From: a virus
Reading direction: 5' to 3' (one strand)
Virus record (IMG/VR): IMGVR_UViG_3300028920_002946
Coordinates: 64,001 to 128,000 of that record
DNA length: 64,000 nt
This document shows positions 1 through 9,341 of this stretch, piece by piece. The translations under genes and the position numbers were made by a program. The first letter of the stretch is position 1; the number at the start of each line of letters is the position of its first letter. Below the pieces are notes generated by a model. It saw nothing but the letters and a program-made list of their open reading frames with translations, was not told the DNA's origin and searched no databases.

Positions 1-218
1 ACCCCCTCGAAGTCCAGGCCGTTGTTCTCGGCGTATATGGACGGGTCGTCCCACCGCACGTCGAGCACGCCTATCATGTAGGGGCTCGTGACCATGAGGT
101 TCTTGGGCGCGAGCGGCAGCGACAGGGGCGTGTCGTCGTTCGTGCGGTACGGCAGCCTGTAGTCCGGCGCGCCGTAGTTGTAGATGAAGTTGTGCGGGCC
201 CTCTGCCATGGCCTCCCC

Positions 219-2636
219 CTACTCTATCCCCGTCCACCCGGGCATCCCGGTGGCCCCTATCACGCCGTACCCGTGCCTCTCCGTGTGCGTGGACGACACC
301 CCCGTGGCCCCCGACACCGCCCCGCCCGAGAACCACAGGTCCGACAGCACGGTCGTGCCCGTCTCCGTCGTCCGGGCGAAGAACCACCACGGGCCCGTCC
401 ACAGGGAGGGCAGTTCCATGGCGACCGTCCGCCGCGGCACCGAGCCGCCCACCGTCACGCGGGCCAGATCGCCCTGCAGCGACACGTTGAGGTTCACCGC
501 GCCGTACGTGCTGCCCGTCGTGCCGAACAGCCAGTCGTAGTCCGCGCCGCTCGTGCCGATGCGCAGCGTCACCGTGTCGTTGACCGTGTCCACGATGGCC
601 CCGGCCCGGTTGTCGCCGTTGTCGGCGCCGAGGTACAGGGTGTCCGCCCCCACGTCGCCGCGCACCTTCAGGTCGAAGTCGGGCGTCACCTCGTACTCGC
701 CGACGATGTCGATCTCGTTCGTGGCGGTCAGGCTCCTCGCGACCGTGTACGTCCCCGTCCCGGTGTAGCCCCCGTCCGAGAACCTCGCCACGGCCGGGCT
801 GGCCAGCGCCTGCGTCGCCGACTGCGGCACCCCCACGAGGGTGGCCCCGCTCGCGCCCTGGAAGGACGGGTAGTACCCGGGCCTGACGGCGACGTACCGG
901 GCGCCCGAGGCGAGGGCGGCCTGTATCGACCTGTACGGCCCGGTCTCCGAGCCGTCGTTCGAGTCGTCGCCGTCCGGGGACACGAAGACCGCCCCCGTCT
1001 CGTAGACGGAGAGGTCGGGGTGCACGATGATCGTGTCGACCGTCCGGCCGCCCTGCACCAGCAGGAGCCCGTCGGTCACGGTCATCCCCCGGCTTCTGTA
1101 CACCCCTCGCCTCGCCGCACCCGTGTACCCCGTCCAGGACCCTCCCCCCGTGGACCCCGACAGGGCCGGCACCTCGTGGGTGCCCGCGTCCAAGGGGCCG
1201 CCGTCGGAGTGGCTGTACGCGTAGTCCGGCGTCCAAAACGGCCCCGTCTCCGTGCCTTGGTAGATGACGTCGTAGCCCCGATCCGAGAACCAGCTGCCCG
1301 TCGACCCCTCGTTTGGGTTGCGCTCGTGGGCGCCGACGTCGCCGTAGCCGTCCAGCACGTACCTGTGGGCGCCCGCGATGTCGACATCCCTCCCGAAGGG
1401 GGTCACGTTGCCGCGCGTGTCCGGCCCGATGCTTGTCCACCCGCCCGCCGTGAGGCCCACCCCCATCTCGCCGAGTATGTCCGTCCACCGCCCCGGGTCG
1501 CCCGCGTCGATGTCCGGCGACCCGGACTCGAGCCTGTAGTCCCCCACCGAGGCGTCCGCGTACATGGGCGCCCCCGTGAAGTTGCCCGCATCATCTGTCG
1601 GGACGGCGCCGGTATAACCAACGTCGGCATGCCAGAAGTTGTTGTATCGGATGTTTATGGGCTGGTTGAAGTAGACGCCCAGGCTGATGTTGTCGACGTC
1701 GTTGCCCGTGATGTTGTTGGAGTCCACCCTGCTGTCGGGGGACACGGTGACCCCAAATATCTTCACCGTGTTTGAGGTGGCCGCGTAGCCCGCCTCGGAG
1801 TACATGACTCGCACGACATCCCCCACGGCGAACTCGTCCTCCAGCCGCAGGCCCTCCCACTTCACGATAGAACCGCTGCCGACGACTATGTAGTCCTCGC
1901 CGTACGCGAACGACGGCCCGTTCACCACGTTCATGGCCACGTCGTACTGCCCGTTCTGGTCGACGGAGGCCCAGCCGGGCAGCGCTATGACCATGTTCGT
2001 GATGTTCGCCGCGGTCAGGGTGCGGTAGATGACCCGCATGTCCTGGTCGAGCTGCGCGGGGGGCGGCGCCCCGTCCTTGGCGTATATGGTGTTGCGCCAC
2101 AGGTCTATCCAGTCGACGGTCTCGACATCCACGGCCTTGTATCCGTCGTCGAAGACATTCTGGGCGATGGACACCTCCTCGGCGTCCCTGAGGTAGATGC
2201 CGGAAAGGTGCCGCACCATCCTGTTTCGCAGGATGGACACATAGGCCGCGTTGTCGATGATGACCGGGTTGTCCACGTCCTCGAAGACGCAGTCGACGAC
2301 GGACACCCCGCCGATGTGGTCGCCGCCCATGGGGGGCTCGTTGTCGAGGGTGATGCCCGTGTCGAGGTTCTCGAAGTGGAGGTGCTCGAAGGTGCCCTGG
2401 CAGTCGTCGACGGTGAGCGTGCCGACCCGCGGCCTGGCGCCCGGGGTGCCGATGACGCTCACGCTCCTGGACACCGCGAGGTCGCCGTAGGACGCCCCGT
2501 CCCCCGGCTGCACGGACATGACGCCCCCGTCGGAAACAAGCGAGTACCCCTGCGCCAGCGTCCGCACCGGCTTGAGGAGGCTGCCCTCGCTCGAGTCGGA
2601 GCCGTTGAGGGAGTCAATGTAGACGACGGGACGCAT
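219..2636 (-). CDS. Virion structural protein with parallel beta-helix (pectin-lyase-like) repeats, 805 aa
   Basis: Two copies of the 'YIDSLNGSDSSEGSLLKPVRTL' / 'FVSPDGDDSNDGSETGPYRSIQAA' beta-helix cap motif; N/D-rich beta repeats; 'YRLESGSPDIDAG...DVGAHE' C-cap; nine G-x-T-G motifs. Confidence 0.7.
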   Translation of the reverse strand: MRPVVYIDSLNGSDSSEGSLLKPVRTLAQGYSLVSDGGVMSVQPGDGASYGDLAVSRSVSVIGTPGARPRVGTLTVDDCQGTFEHLHFENLDTGITLDNEPPMGGDHIGGVSVVDCVFEDVDNPVIIDNAAYVSILRNRMVRHLSGIYLRDAEEVSIAQNVFDDGYKAVDVETVDWIDLWRNTIYAKDGAPPPAQLDQDMRVIYRTLTAANITNMVIALPGWASVDQNGQYDVAMNVVNGPSFAYGEDYIVVGSGSIVKWEGLRLEDEFAVGDVVRVMYSEAGYAATSNTVKIFGVTVSPDSRVDSNNITGNDVDNISLGVYFNQPINIRYNNFWHADVGYTGAVPTDDAGNFTGAPMYADASVGDYRLESGSPDIDAGDPGRWTDILGEMGVGLTAGGWTSIGPDTRGNVTPFGRDVDIAGAHRYVLDGYGDVGAHERNPNEGSTGSWFSDRGYDVIYQGTETGPFWTPDYAYSHSDGGPLDAGTHEVPALSGSTGGGSWTGYTGAARRGVYRSRGMTVTDGLLLVQGGRTVDTIIVHPDLSVYETGAVFVSPDGDDSNDGSETGPYRSIQAALASGARYVAVRPGYYPSFQGASGATLVGVPQSATQALASPAVARFSDGGYTGTGTYTVARSLTATNEIDIVGEYEVTPDFDLKVRGDVGADTLYLGADNGDNRAGAIVDTVNDTVTLRIGTSGADYDWLFGTTGSTYGAVNLNVSLQGDLARVTVGGSVPRRTVAMELPSLWTGPWWFFARTTETGTTVLSDLWFSGGAVSGATGVSSTHTERHGYGVIGATGMPGWTGIE

Positions 2637-2639
2637 CCG

Positions 2640-3461
2640 CTACACCCCCAGGGCCGCCGCGTCCGCGGCCATCAGTTCGCGCACCCAGGCGGGGTGCAGG
2701 TACAGGTCGCTCGCGTAGCGCCAGTTGTACAGCCCGACCGCCTGCCCGGCCTTGTCGAGGTACGGCACCCACACGTAGCCCGAGCCGCTCCTCGTGGCGT
2801 AGGACCGGGGGCGCGAGTACAGGATGCCGTCGGAGTCCGCGCCGGACCTCGCCGGGCACTCGACGCCGTCCACGTAGAAGGTGATGCGCCCGTCGGTGCC
2901 GCACACCCAGCAGAGCATGTGCCAGCCCTCGTCCGCCAGGCTCACCCCTGTGGTCGCCTCGACGAGGTTGGACTGCGAACCCTTGAATCCGAGCCGGTGG
3001 TCGCCAGCCGCGGCGTCCCACTGCAGTTCGAAGCACACGGCCTGGTCGGCGCCGCGCACGTCGCCATCGGGGTCCGACACCGCAAGCGGGATGATCGAGT
3101 ACCCCTCCGGGCCGAAGATCGGGTTCCTGACCCACCCCATGCACGTCAGCGCCCCGCAGTACTTCACCGACGGCCCCGAGAGCGACACCGCCGGGGACTC
3201 CGAGTGCGACGCGGACACGTAGGTGTCCACCACGCCCGTGGCGACCCCGTCCCCGTCCCCGTTGGAGGCCGTGAGGACGACGTCGAAGCTGTCCACGCCC
3301 GTGTAGAGGTGCGACGGGCTCGCGTCGCCGCCGGTGGTCCCGTCCCCGAACTCCCACAGGTAGGATGTCGGGAGGCCCGTGCTCAGGTCCGTGAACTGGA
3401 CGGTGAGCGGGATCTCGCCGTAGTCGGGCGCCCCGGTGAATCCGGCAATGGGTGCCGCCAT
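2640..3461 (-). CDS. PKD-domain plus LamG/ConA-like virion protein
   Basis: N-terminal 'PLTVQFTDLSTGLPTSYLWEFGDGTT...HLYTG...VVLTASN' is a canonical PKD domain; C-terminal 'DEGWHMLCWV...ITFYVDG' is LamG-like. Confidence 0.75.
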   Translation of the reverse strand: MAAPIAGFTGAPDYGEIPLTVQFTDLSTGLPTSYLWEFGDGTTGGDASPSHLYTGVDSFDVVLTASNGDGDGVATGVVDTYVSASHSESPAVSLSGPSVKYCGALTCMGWVRNPIFGPEGYSIIPLAVSDPDGDVRGADQAVCFELQWDAAAGDHRLGFKGSQSNLVEATTGVSLADEGWHMLCWVCGTDGRITFYVDGVECPARSGADSDGILYSRPRSYATRSGSGYVWVPYLDKAGQAVGLYNWRYASDLYLHPAWVRELMAADAAALGV

Positions 3462-3481
3462 CTCAGCCGCCTTTCAGCCTA

Positions 3482-3790
3482 TCAAGAGCCGGTTTCGCCA
3501 TAGTTGTACACCACGCGCAGCGTCAGCGGCCCGGTCACGCCGTGGGACGTGTCGTTCATGACATCCTTGACATCCGAGTTCGCCAGGTCGAGGGCGATGA
3601 GGCCCGTCCAGCCGTGGTGCGTGACGCCGAAGTCCACGCCGTTGCGCTGGGCCGGCCCGTCGGTGGGGTCGAGGGCGACGTCGTAGTTGCCGTCCGGCCC
3701 CGTGGTCGGTGGGTACTTCAGGACGAGGTAGTCGTTGCTGCCCGGGCCGACCTGCCCCGTGATGCTGTAGAATTCGACCTCGATCGCCAT
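3482..3790 (-). CDS. Small virion-associated hypothetical protein
   Basis: SD GGGAG upstream; high third-position GC; three G-x-T-G motifs; preceded by the late motif at 3833. Confidence 0.7.
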   Translation of the reverse strand: MAIEVEFYSITGQVGPGSNDYLVLKYPPTTGPDGNYDVALDPTDGPAQRNGVDFGVTHHGWTGLIALDLANSDVKDVMNDTSHGVTGPLTLRVVYNYGETGS

Positions 3791-3832
3791 GTTATCTCCC
3801 TTTCAAGGGGCGCCATACATCATAGCGCGTCT

Positions 3833-3847
3833 ATTAAGAGAGAATTA
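3833..3847 (-). promoter_or_regulatory. Late-promoter-like motif TAAT-N3-CT-N2-TAAT
   Basis: Minus strand reads TAATtctCTctTAAT; intergenic, upstream of the gene starting at 3790. Confidence 0.65.
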
Positions 3848-3859
3848 TGGCATCCCCGG

Positions 3860-6115
3860 TTACTTCCGCCAAACGTAGAGGGGTTCCCCCTCCTTCTGCC
3901 TGCTGCGGGTGTTCCAATACCGGGTGGGCAGCCCCTCGAGGCGCGTGCGCGGAAGGGCGCAATGCAAATTGCGCGGGAGATTGAGGACCAGGTAGCCGCC
4001 CGGCTCCAAAGCCGATTCGGCATACTGGAAAATCAGCCCCATAAGATCCCTCCACTCCCCGCGGCCCATTTTCCTGCCGTACACCTCCAAATCGATGTAC
4101 GGGGGCGAGGTAAACACAAGATGGCACCTTTCGGGGGCGCCCTCCAATGAGAACCCGCCGTGAACGAGGTCGCACCGGGCCGCGGACACGAAATCCCTCA
4201 TGGCGCACAAACCCTTGTGGGTCTTGCCCCAAGGCTCGAACCCCACGTAGGACCTCCCGCTGGAAACGGCCCCCAGCATCCGGCCGCCCCATCCCGCGCA
4301 CGGGTCAACGACAACGCCCCCAGGGGGGCTGTAGCGCTCGACGACAGCCTTGGCCACCACGCTCGGAAACGCGGTGACGCCCCCGCTGTACTGTATCAAC
4401 GCGTTCCGGACGAATTTGGGAAGTATGCTTTTCTTGGACTTCAGGCAATACTGCAGGGTCGAATGAAGCGTGGAGTGCCCGGAGAAGGTGTCAGCCGGCG
4501 AAACCCCGCGATATGTGGCCTCGCTCATATGGGGCATGTAGTGCTTGAACAACTCATCACCCACGTTTGCATACCTCAAGACCGTATCGGACTTCCACAG
4601 GTATCTGCTCTGAAACGACTCTATCAACTTCCAGGATCGGCGAAGATACTCGTCCCCGTACCGGGGAGCCGGGAACCCCTTGGAATGATAGTAGGCAACC
4701 GCGTCGTGCAGCACCTCCGGATTCAAGTCAACCACGTACTTGTTTACAAAAGACAAATCCAGGTCGGTGTTGACGGCGGGCTTGAACAACTCCGGAAAAT
4801 AGGTTTCCCAATAGGAGCCCAAATAACCCTCATCGGACGACTTGTACCAAAAGCCGGGCAGTATATACTCACCGGGCACAGGCTCGATGCGCAACGTCCT
4901 TCTGGCGGCGTTCTTGAAGAAGAATCGATTCTCCAACGACCCTATAATGGACTTCCCGGCAGTGACTATGTCCCCTTGTGAACCGTCATCCATGAAATAG
5001 CACGCCCGGCCGAGGTCATTCAATTCGGCGGCGATCATCTCGAAATTCCTGGACCCATCCGGGTTCAGATACCTGCAGTATTCATCGAACCCCGGGCACG
5101 AGAGGCCTATCTGCTCCTCGGACACTATCACACAGTCCTCATAGGCCTGGCCCTTCCTCGGCACCGTAACCACATTGGACAGATGATCCCGCAGTATCTG
5201 CGCCTTCACGTAGAGGTAGCTCAGCTGCGCCAAGGAATGGTTGACCACAAAGCGGCCGTTGAAGTCCAAATGGCCGTCGCCCATCAGCCATCCAAGCAGC
5301 ATCTGATGCACATCCTCGTCGCGGGGGGGCGTCTCCATCGGGGGGCGCCCCACGAGAAGATCCCGTATGGCCTCCAAGTCGCCGCTCCAGGCGACCCTTC
5401 TTTCAGGCAGCGCTATGCCCGCCTGCGCGATCCTGCGATGAAGGACGGTTTCCGAAACCCCCCTCTCCCGGCTGAGGGCCGCAACGCTGCCGGCCTTTTT
5501 CAAGGACTCCTCAAACTCCTCGTCGCTTCCGGAGTTGGCGATGCCCCTGGCCCTGTGTATCCGGTGCCACCTCGGGCCATCGAGGCCGATGCTCTTGATG
5601 TGGATCAAGAGGTCATCATCGTTTACACGGACGCCGTGGATGCGCTCTATCTCACCCGCCATGTCGACAACGCGCATGTCGCGGGACAGCATATCCTCCA
5701 CATCGCTCTTCTTGACATGCCCCCTGAGCCATGTCCGGTTATCCAATGACTTGATGCCGAACCTCCGGAGCCACCACCCAGCCGTATGTCTCGTAAGGGC
5801 CAGCCCGAATTCCTCATTCAAGGCCAAGGCGACCTGTTCGTAGCCGAACTTCTTGGTCTCGCACAGATACCGGGCCCGGTCTTTCATCGCCGCCGTCCAC
5901 GACGACTCCCCGAGAACCTGGGAAGCGGCGGCGCGCTTGGGCTGGATAAGGCCCTTTTTCTTGAGGAGGGAGATCTGCCTCTTGACCCAACGAGGCGTCT
6001 GACCGAGACGCTCAGCCATCTCGGCATTCTTCATCGATGAGTAGTTTTCGACGATAAACTTGAGGTTCTCGGGGGTCTTGCGGTCGGCGGTGACGCCCCT
6101 CTTTGGCGTGCTCAT
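3860..6115 (-). CDS. HTH + LAGLIDADG endonuclease + amino-methyltransferase (SPPY) fusion, copy 1
   Basis: HTH-like N-terminus; 'LLGWLMGDGHL' and 'YFMDDGS' LAGLIDADG motifs; motif I 'VVDPCAGWGGR' and motif IV 'FTSPPY'. Start re-called to the ATG at 6115, 6 nt after a -10 box. Confidence 0.8.
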   Translation of the reverse strand: MSTPKRGVTADRKTPENLKFIVENYSSMKNAEMAERLGQTPRWVKRQISLLKKKGLIQPKRAAASQVLGESSWTAAMKDRARYLCETKKFGYEQVALALNEEFGLALTRHTAGWWLRRFGIKSLDNRTWLRGHVKKSDVEDMLSRDMRVVDMAGEIERIHGVRVNDDDLLIHIKSIGLDGPRWHRIHRARGIANSGSDEEFEESLKKAGSVAALSRERGVSETVLHRRIAQAGIALPERRVAWSGDLEAIRDLLVGRPPMETPPRDEDVHQMLLGWLMGDGHLDFNGRFVVNHSLAQLSYLYVKAQILRDHLSNVVTVPRKGQAYEDCVIVSEEQIGLSCPGFDEYCRYLNPDGSRNFEMIAAELNDLGRACYFMDDGSQGDIVTAGKSIIGSLENRFFFKNAARRTLRIEPVPGEYILPGFWYKSSDEGYLGSYWETYFPELFKPAVNTDLDLSFVNKYVVDLNPEVLHDAVAYYHSKGFPAPRYGDEYLRRSWKLIESFQSRYLWKSDTVLRYANVGDELFKHYMPHMSEATYRGVSPADTFSGHSTLHSTLQYCLKSKKSILPKFVRNALIQYSGGVTAFPSVVAKAVVERYSPPGGVVVDPCAGWGGRMLGAVSSGRSYVGFEPWGKTHKGLCAMRDFVSAARCDLVHGGFSLEGAPERCHLVFTSPPYIDLEVYGRKMGRGEWRDLMGLIFQYAESALEPGGYLVLNLPRNLHCALPRTRLEGLPTRYWNTRSRQKEGEPLYVWRK

Positions 6116-6121
6116 GGCATA

Positions 6122-6150
6122 AATATACAGCGACCCAAGAGCCGTGTCAA
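6122..6150 (-). promoter_or_regulatory. Sigma70-type promoter, leaderless
   Basis: TTGACA-N17-TATATT-N6-ATG. Confidence 0.75.
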
Positions 6151-6171
6151 CTAGGGCCTTACATTTTTTCG

Positions 6172-7053
6172 TTACATGGAGCCAATCCAATTACGCCTCG
6201 ATTGAACTCCGGGTTTGGAATAAGGCCCCAAAGCCGAACTGATTCCTATACCGTAACGCGGCTGCTTCAGACCGCGGACGATTTTTATCGATTCCTTGGC
6301 CTGCTCCGCGGCCTCCTTGAACTCGGTCAGGAAGTTGTTCTTCATCGACTCGTACTTCGACGACTTCTCGAGATCCAGGGAGACCCCCGATATGCTGTAG
6401 CCGTATTCGTCGGCGATCCAGTTGAGGGCCACGGCCGCGCAGGCCATGGCGGCCGCGCGCATCAGCACGGTAGTTCTCCACCTGATGGGCATGTCCGTGA
6501 GGCTGACCCCCGTGACGGGCGGGTAGGAGTTGAACAGGTCCACCGCCATGAGGAGGTACTCGTAGAGCTCCTCGTCCTCCCATATGTACCCGAACACCTG
6601 CGTCTGCGCCTGCAGGAACTTCTCGTGGGACGGCGGCCGGAAGCGGTAGTTGCGGTCGGGGTTGTTGTCCCGCAGGATGATGCGCAGCCTGCGGACCATG
6701 AGGTCGGCCGTCTCGTCGCCGGTGACGCTGACCGTGACGCAGTCCTTCACCACGTTGAAGGCCTGGACGGCCTCCACGAGCGGAGAGGTCGGGGTCTCGC
6801 GGAAGTTCCAGCGCACGAGCCAGTCGCCGATGTTCGAGTCCAGGGGCAGCGTGGCATCCACGTAGTACTGCCCGGTGCCGGAGGTCGCCGGCACCCTGTC
6901 CGGCGCCCCTATGAGCACCTCCACGCCCGTGGTGTCGTCGAAGAGGGAGTACCGGATGTAGGCCGGGTCCGTCGGGACCCCGGAGCCGTTCCTTACGGTG
7001 ATTTTCAGGTCGTCCTGCGCGAGGGTCTGCCCCGGCTTGAAGGCAACTGACAT
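6172..7053 (-). CDS. Virion structural protein, possibly neck/head-tail connector
   Basis: SD GGAG; N-terminal Ig-like domain paralogous to the 7110 protein; helical C-terminus with 'YSISGVSLDLEKSSKYESM', reminiscent of head-completion proteins; late motif upstream. Confidence 0.55.
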   Translation of the reverse strand: MSVAFKPGQTLAQDDLKITVRNGSGVPTDPAYIRYSLFDDTTGVEVLIGAPDRVPATSGTGQYYVDATLPLDSNIGDWLVRWNFRETPTSPLVEAVQAFNVVKDCVTVSVTGDETADLMVRRLRIILRDNNPDRNYRFRPPSHEKFLQAQTQVFGYIWEDEELYEYLLMAVDLFNSYPPVTGVSLTDMPIRWRTTVLMRAAAMACAAVALNWIADEYGYSISGVSLDLEKSSKYESMKNNFLTEFKEAAEQAKESIKIVRGLKQPRYGIGISSALGPYSKPGVQSRRNWIGSM

Positions 7054-7097
7054 CTCGAACTCCTTGCTGCTGGCGCCTCCTACGTTAACCCGATGGT

Positions 7098-7112
7098 ATC
7101 AAAAGGGTATTA
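7098..7112 (-). promoter_or_regulatory. Late-promoter-like motif
   Basis: TAATaccCTttTGAT; its first TAA is the stop codon of the upstream gene. Confidence 0.55.
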
Positions 7113-7568
7113 CGGGGTTACAATCAAGGAGGCCGCGAGATCGCGCCAGGGGTCGGTGACGGTGATGGTGCCGGACAGGCTGTGGTATGTCGCGGTGACA
7201 TCCAGGCTGCCCTCGTAAACGCCCGCGCATGCGACGGTGAACATCCTCTCGATGGCCTGGACGCCGGACGCGGCGGACACGCGGTATTTCCAGCGCAGGC
7301 GGTAAGTGCCGGTTGGCCAGTCGTCCGCTATGATGAAGTTGGCCCTGAACAGGCCCGTCCGGAGTTCCTCGGCGCGTCTGTTCAGGGATCCGATGCGCTG
7401 CGGGACGCCCGTGGATGGATCCACCCAGGCGACATCGTAGCGTATCCAGTAGGGCGAGTAGGCGTTGGAAATCCCGTCGGGGTGATAGACCGAGTTGGAC
7501 CAGAACGATACGTTGAGGTCGTCCCTCTCCAGCCTGTAGCCTTGGTAGTAAACGCCCGTCTCGCCCAT
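7110..7568 (-). CDS. Ig-like structural protein, paralog of the N-terminus of 6172-7053
   Basis: 'YYQGYRLERDDLNV...YWIRYDV...GLFRANFII...GTYRLRWKY' parallels 'FKPGQTLAQDDLKI...YIRYSL...GQYYVDATL...GDWLVRWNF'; SD GAGGGAG before ATG 7568. Confidence 0.7.
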   Translation of the reverse strand: MGETGVYYQGYRLERDDLNVSFWSNSVYHPDGISNAYSPYWIRYDVAWVDPSTGVPQRIGSLNRRAEELRTGLFRANFIIADDWPTGTYRLRWKYRVSAASGVQAIERMFTVACAGVYEGSLDVTATYHSLSGTITVTDPWRDLAASLIVTP

Positions 7569-7592
7569 GTCGCCGGCTCCCTCGTACATGAA

Positions 7593-7620
7593 GGGCCGGC
7601 GGCGTCACCGCCGTCGGCCC
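7593..7620. terminator. 12-bp GC-rich hairpin with GUGA loop on the minus strand; terminator or processing site
   Basis: gggccggcggcg-tcac-cgccgtcggccc; no clear U tract. Confidence 0.4.
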
Positions 7621-7643
7621 GAGTTCCCCTCTCAGGGCAACCC

Positions 7644-7793
7644 CTAGCTCTTGACGGAGCTCTTGACCTCGCCCGAAATCAGCCCGCTCTGGGTCACTGC
7701 GACCTTGGACGCATCCTTCTTGTCCTTGTTCTGCAGATGCGGGTATGCGTTGGGCTTGGCCTTGTTCTCATAGATTCCGGATCCGTTTGGCAT
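7644..7793 (-). CDS. 49-aa hypothetical protein not in the ORF track
   Basis: Perfect SD AAAGGAGG; MPNGSGIYENKAKPNAYPHLQNKDKKDASKVAVTQSGLISGEVKSSVKS*. Confidence 0.65.
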   Translation of the reverse strand: MPNGSGIYENKAKPNAYPHLQNKDKKDASKVAVTQSGLISGEVKSSVKS

Positions 7794-7826
7794 AAGTGCC
7801 TCCTTTATTGCGTGCTGAATCGCGGC

Positions 7827-8228
7827 CTATTCCCCGGGGCCGCCCGGTTTTGGTACCTCGTACGGGTTGGCCAGCATAGAGAAGCTGTCCAGCGTGAACT
7901 CCATGCCGGGTGCGTCGAAGTGGCGCAGGTCGATTGTCTTGACCGGCTCGCCCTCGCCGAAGAAGACAAGACGGTGCTTGACAGGCTGCCCGTCCAGCCG
8001 GAGCAGCTGCACGTCGTTGACCTTCACCTTCAACTCGCGCGCGATGCGGCTGTAGTCCGGGTCGGAGATGAATTTCTTCTTCTGACCCGGCGTGAGGTAC
8101 ACTTTTCTCTCCGTACCGGAGACGGCCGCCTCGATGGCGTTGCTGACGGCGTCGATGTCCGCGGCCTCCTTGAGGAGGCCCTTGGACTCCAGATCCGACG
8201 CGATGCGGTCGAGTCTCTCGGTGATCAT
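7827..8228 (-). CDS. Putative head-internal protein with N-terminal targeting-like helix
   Basis: 'LDRIASDLESKGLLKEAADIDAVSNAIEA', a motif shared with the 9878 and 11177 proteins. Confidence 0.7.
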   Translation of the reverse strand: MITERLDRIASDLESKGLLKEAADIDAVSNAIEAAVSGTERKVYLTPGQKKKFISDPDYSRIARELKVKVNDVQLLRLDGQPVKHRLVFFGEGEPVKTIDLRHFDAPGMEFTLDSFSMLANPYEVPKPGGPGE

Positions 8229-8686
8229 TCCCCGTCCTCCGGCTCGTCTATGTCGAGCACGAGTTCTATTTCGAAGTCGATGGTGCCTTTCCCCTCGTCG
8301 ACATCCGGCATGTAGTCCACCTGGTCCTCCCAGATGTAGTCGTCGAAGTCCTCGTCAAGGTCGCTGGTGTCGAGGTCGGAGTACGTCTTCTTGAGGTAGG
8401 GGATCAGCTTCGGGTTGATCTCCTTCTTGAGATCCCCCTCGTGCTCCTCCACCCAGTCCATGATGGCGGCGTTGAGGACGCGGTAGCTCTCGGGGATCGC
8501 CCCGTCGAACGACAGCCTCATCTTCGCCCACACGTCGACCTGGGCGAACATGTCCCGCTCGCCGTCCGCGACGGCCTCGACGGTCGTCTCGTCGACGCTC
8601 TCGAAGCCGAGGAACTCGACGTCCTTGAGCCGGAGGTTGCGCGAGGCCGCCACCTTCATGGCCTGTACAGCTGAAAGCCTGAGCAT
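8225..8686 (-). CDS. Acidic hypothetical protein
   Basis: Clean ORF with ATGA overlap to the next gene; 'MKVAAS' K-x-A site near the N-terminus. Confidence 0.7.
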   Translation of the reverse strand: MLRLSAVQAMKVAASRNLRLKDVEFLGFESVDETTVEAVADGERDMFAQVDVWAKMRLSFDGAIPESYRVLNAAIMDWVEEHEGDLKKEINPKLIPYLKKTYSDLDTSDLDEDFDDYIWEDQVDYMPDVDEGKGTIDFEIELVLDIDEPEDGE

Positions 8687-8694
8687 CGTCGAAC

Positions 8695-8922
8695 CTACCT
8701 GTAGGTTTTACCGAACTCGCCGTCGTCGGTGTTGGTGAAGTTGGCCCCGTCGATCCCCGTCACGCCCTGGTCCCAGTCGGTCGGCTGCAGGGGGGCCTCG
8801 TACACCTCACCCATGATGCCGGTGTACCCCACGGCGATGTCGATGTCGGTCGATATCTTGTACGGCCCCATGGCGGGGGAAACCGACCCTATGGTGCCCT
8901 GGTTCGTCTTTTCCGTTGCCAC
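8695..8922 (-). CDS. Small hypothetical protein
   Basis: GTG start, phage-like codon usage, two G-x-T-G motifs. Confidence 0.6.
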   Translation of the reverse strand: MATEKTNQGTIGSVSPAMGPYKISTDIDIAVGYTGIMGEVYEAPLQPTDWDQGVTGIDGANFTNTDDGEFGKTYR

Positions 8923-8940
8923 TTTGCGGCCCCCGTCCGG

Positions 8941-9225
8941 TTATCCCCTGCGCACGTCGCTTCCCATGATGCTCGCGCAGAGGCTCTTGAGAGACTTGAT
9001 GTTGTCCGCGTGGGAGAGGGCGTCGATGGGCGCCTGCCTCATGAAGTACGCGTCCTTGAGCTTCTGGAGGATTTCGTTGTTCTCGAAATGGAAGAACACC
9101 TTCCTGGTATCCCTCGTCGTCCTCTTGATCTTGTTGCCCGCCGTGGTGAGGAAGGCGGCCAGGTACAGGTCGCAGGTCTTGTAGCCGTCCTCCGTGGCTA
9201 TCAGGTCGCCGTGGATGTTTCCCAT
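8941..9225 (-). CDS. DUF5659-like protein
   Basis: 'YKTCDLYLAAFL...G...RKVFFHF' matches the motif I recall for DUF5659. Confidence 0.65.
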   Translation of the reverse strand: MGNIHGDLIATEDGYKTCDLYLAAFLTTAGNKIKRTTRDTRKVFFHFENNEILQKLKDAYFMRQAPIDALSHADNIKSLKSLCASIMGSDVRRG

Positions 9226-9280
9226 GCTGTTCCCCTATCGCTATCTTCGATTTGGCCCCGGAACGGCCCATTTAAGCGAA

Positions 9281-9311
9281 AGGTTGCCGAGGCTCCGAAC
9301 CCCGACAACCT
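9281..9311 (-). terminator. Hairpin, probable weak terminator
   Basis: Minus strand AGGTTGTCGGGG-7 nt-CCTCGGCAACCT: 12 bp with two G-U pairs, followed by TTCGCTT. Confidence 0.45.
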
Positions 9312-9341
9312 CGCGATGTCACTCCTGATGTCGGACGACCA

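Noticed and set aside
192-1775. Long plus-strand ORFs (also 2208-3503, 15735-18599, 19524-22133, 29933-31528, 43049-46210, 46318-49095, 48960-50306)
   Set aside because: Antisense shadows of GC3-biased minus-strand genes; Arg/Pro/Val/His-rich, with no SD and no motifs.
219-2636. Collagen-like repeats as the explanation for GxTG
   Set aside because: The motifs are dispersed and not in continuous Gly-X-Y triplets.
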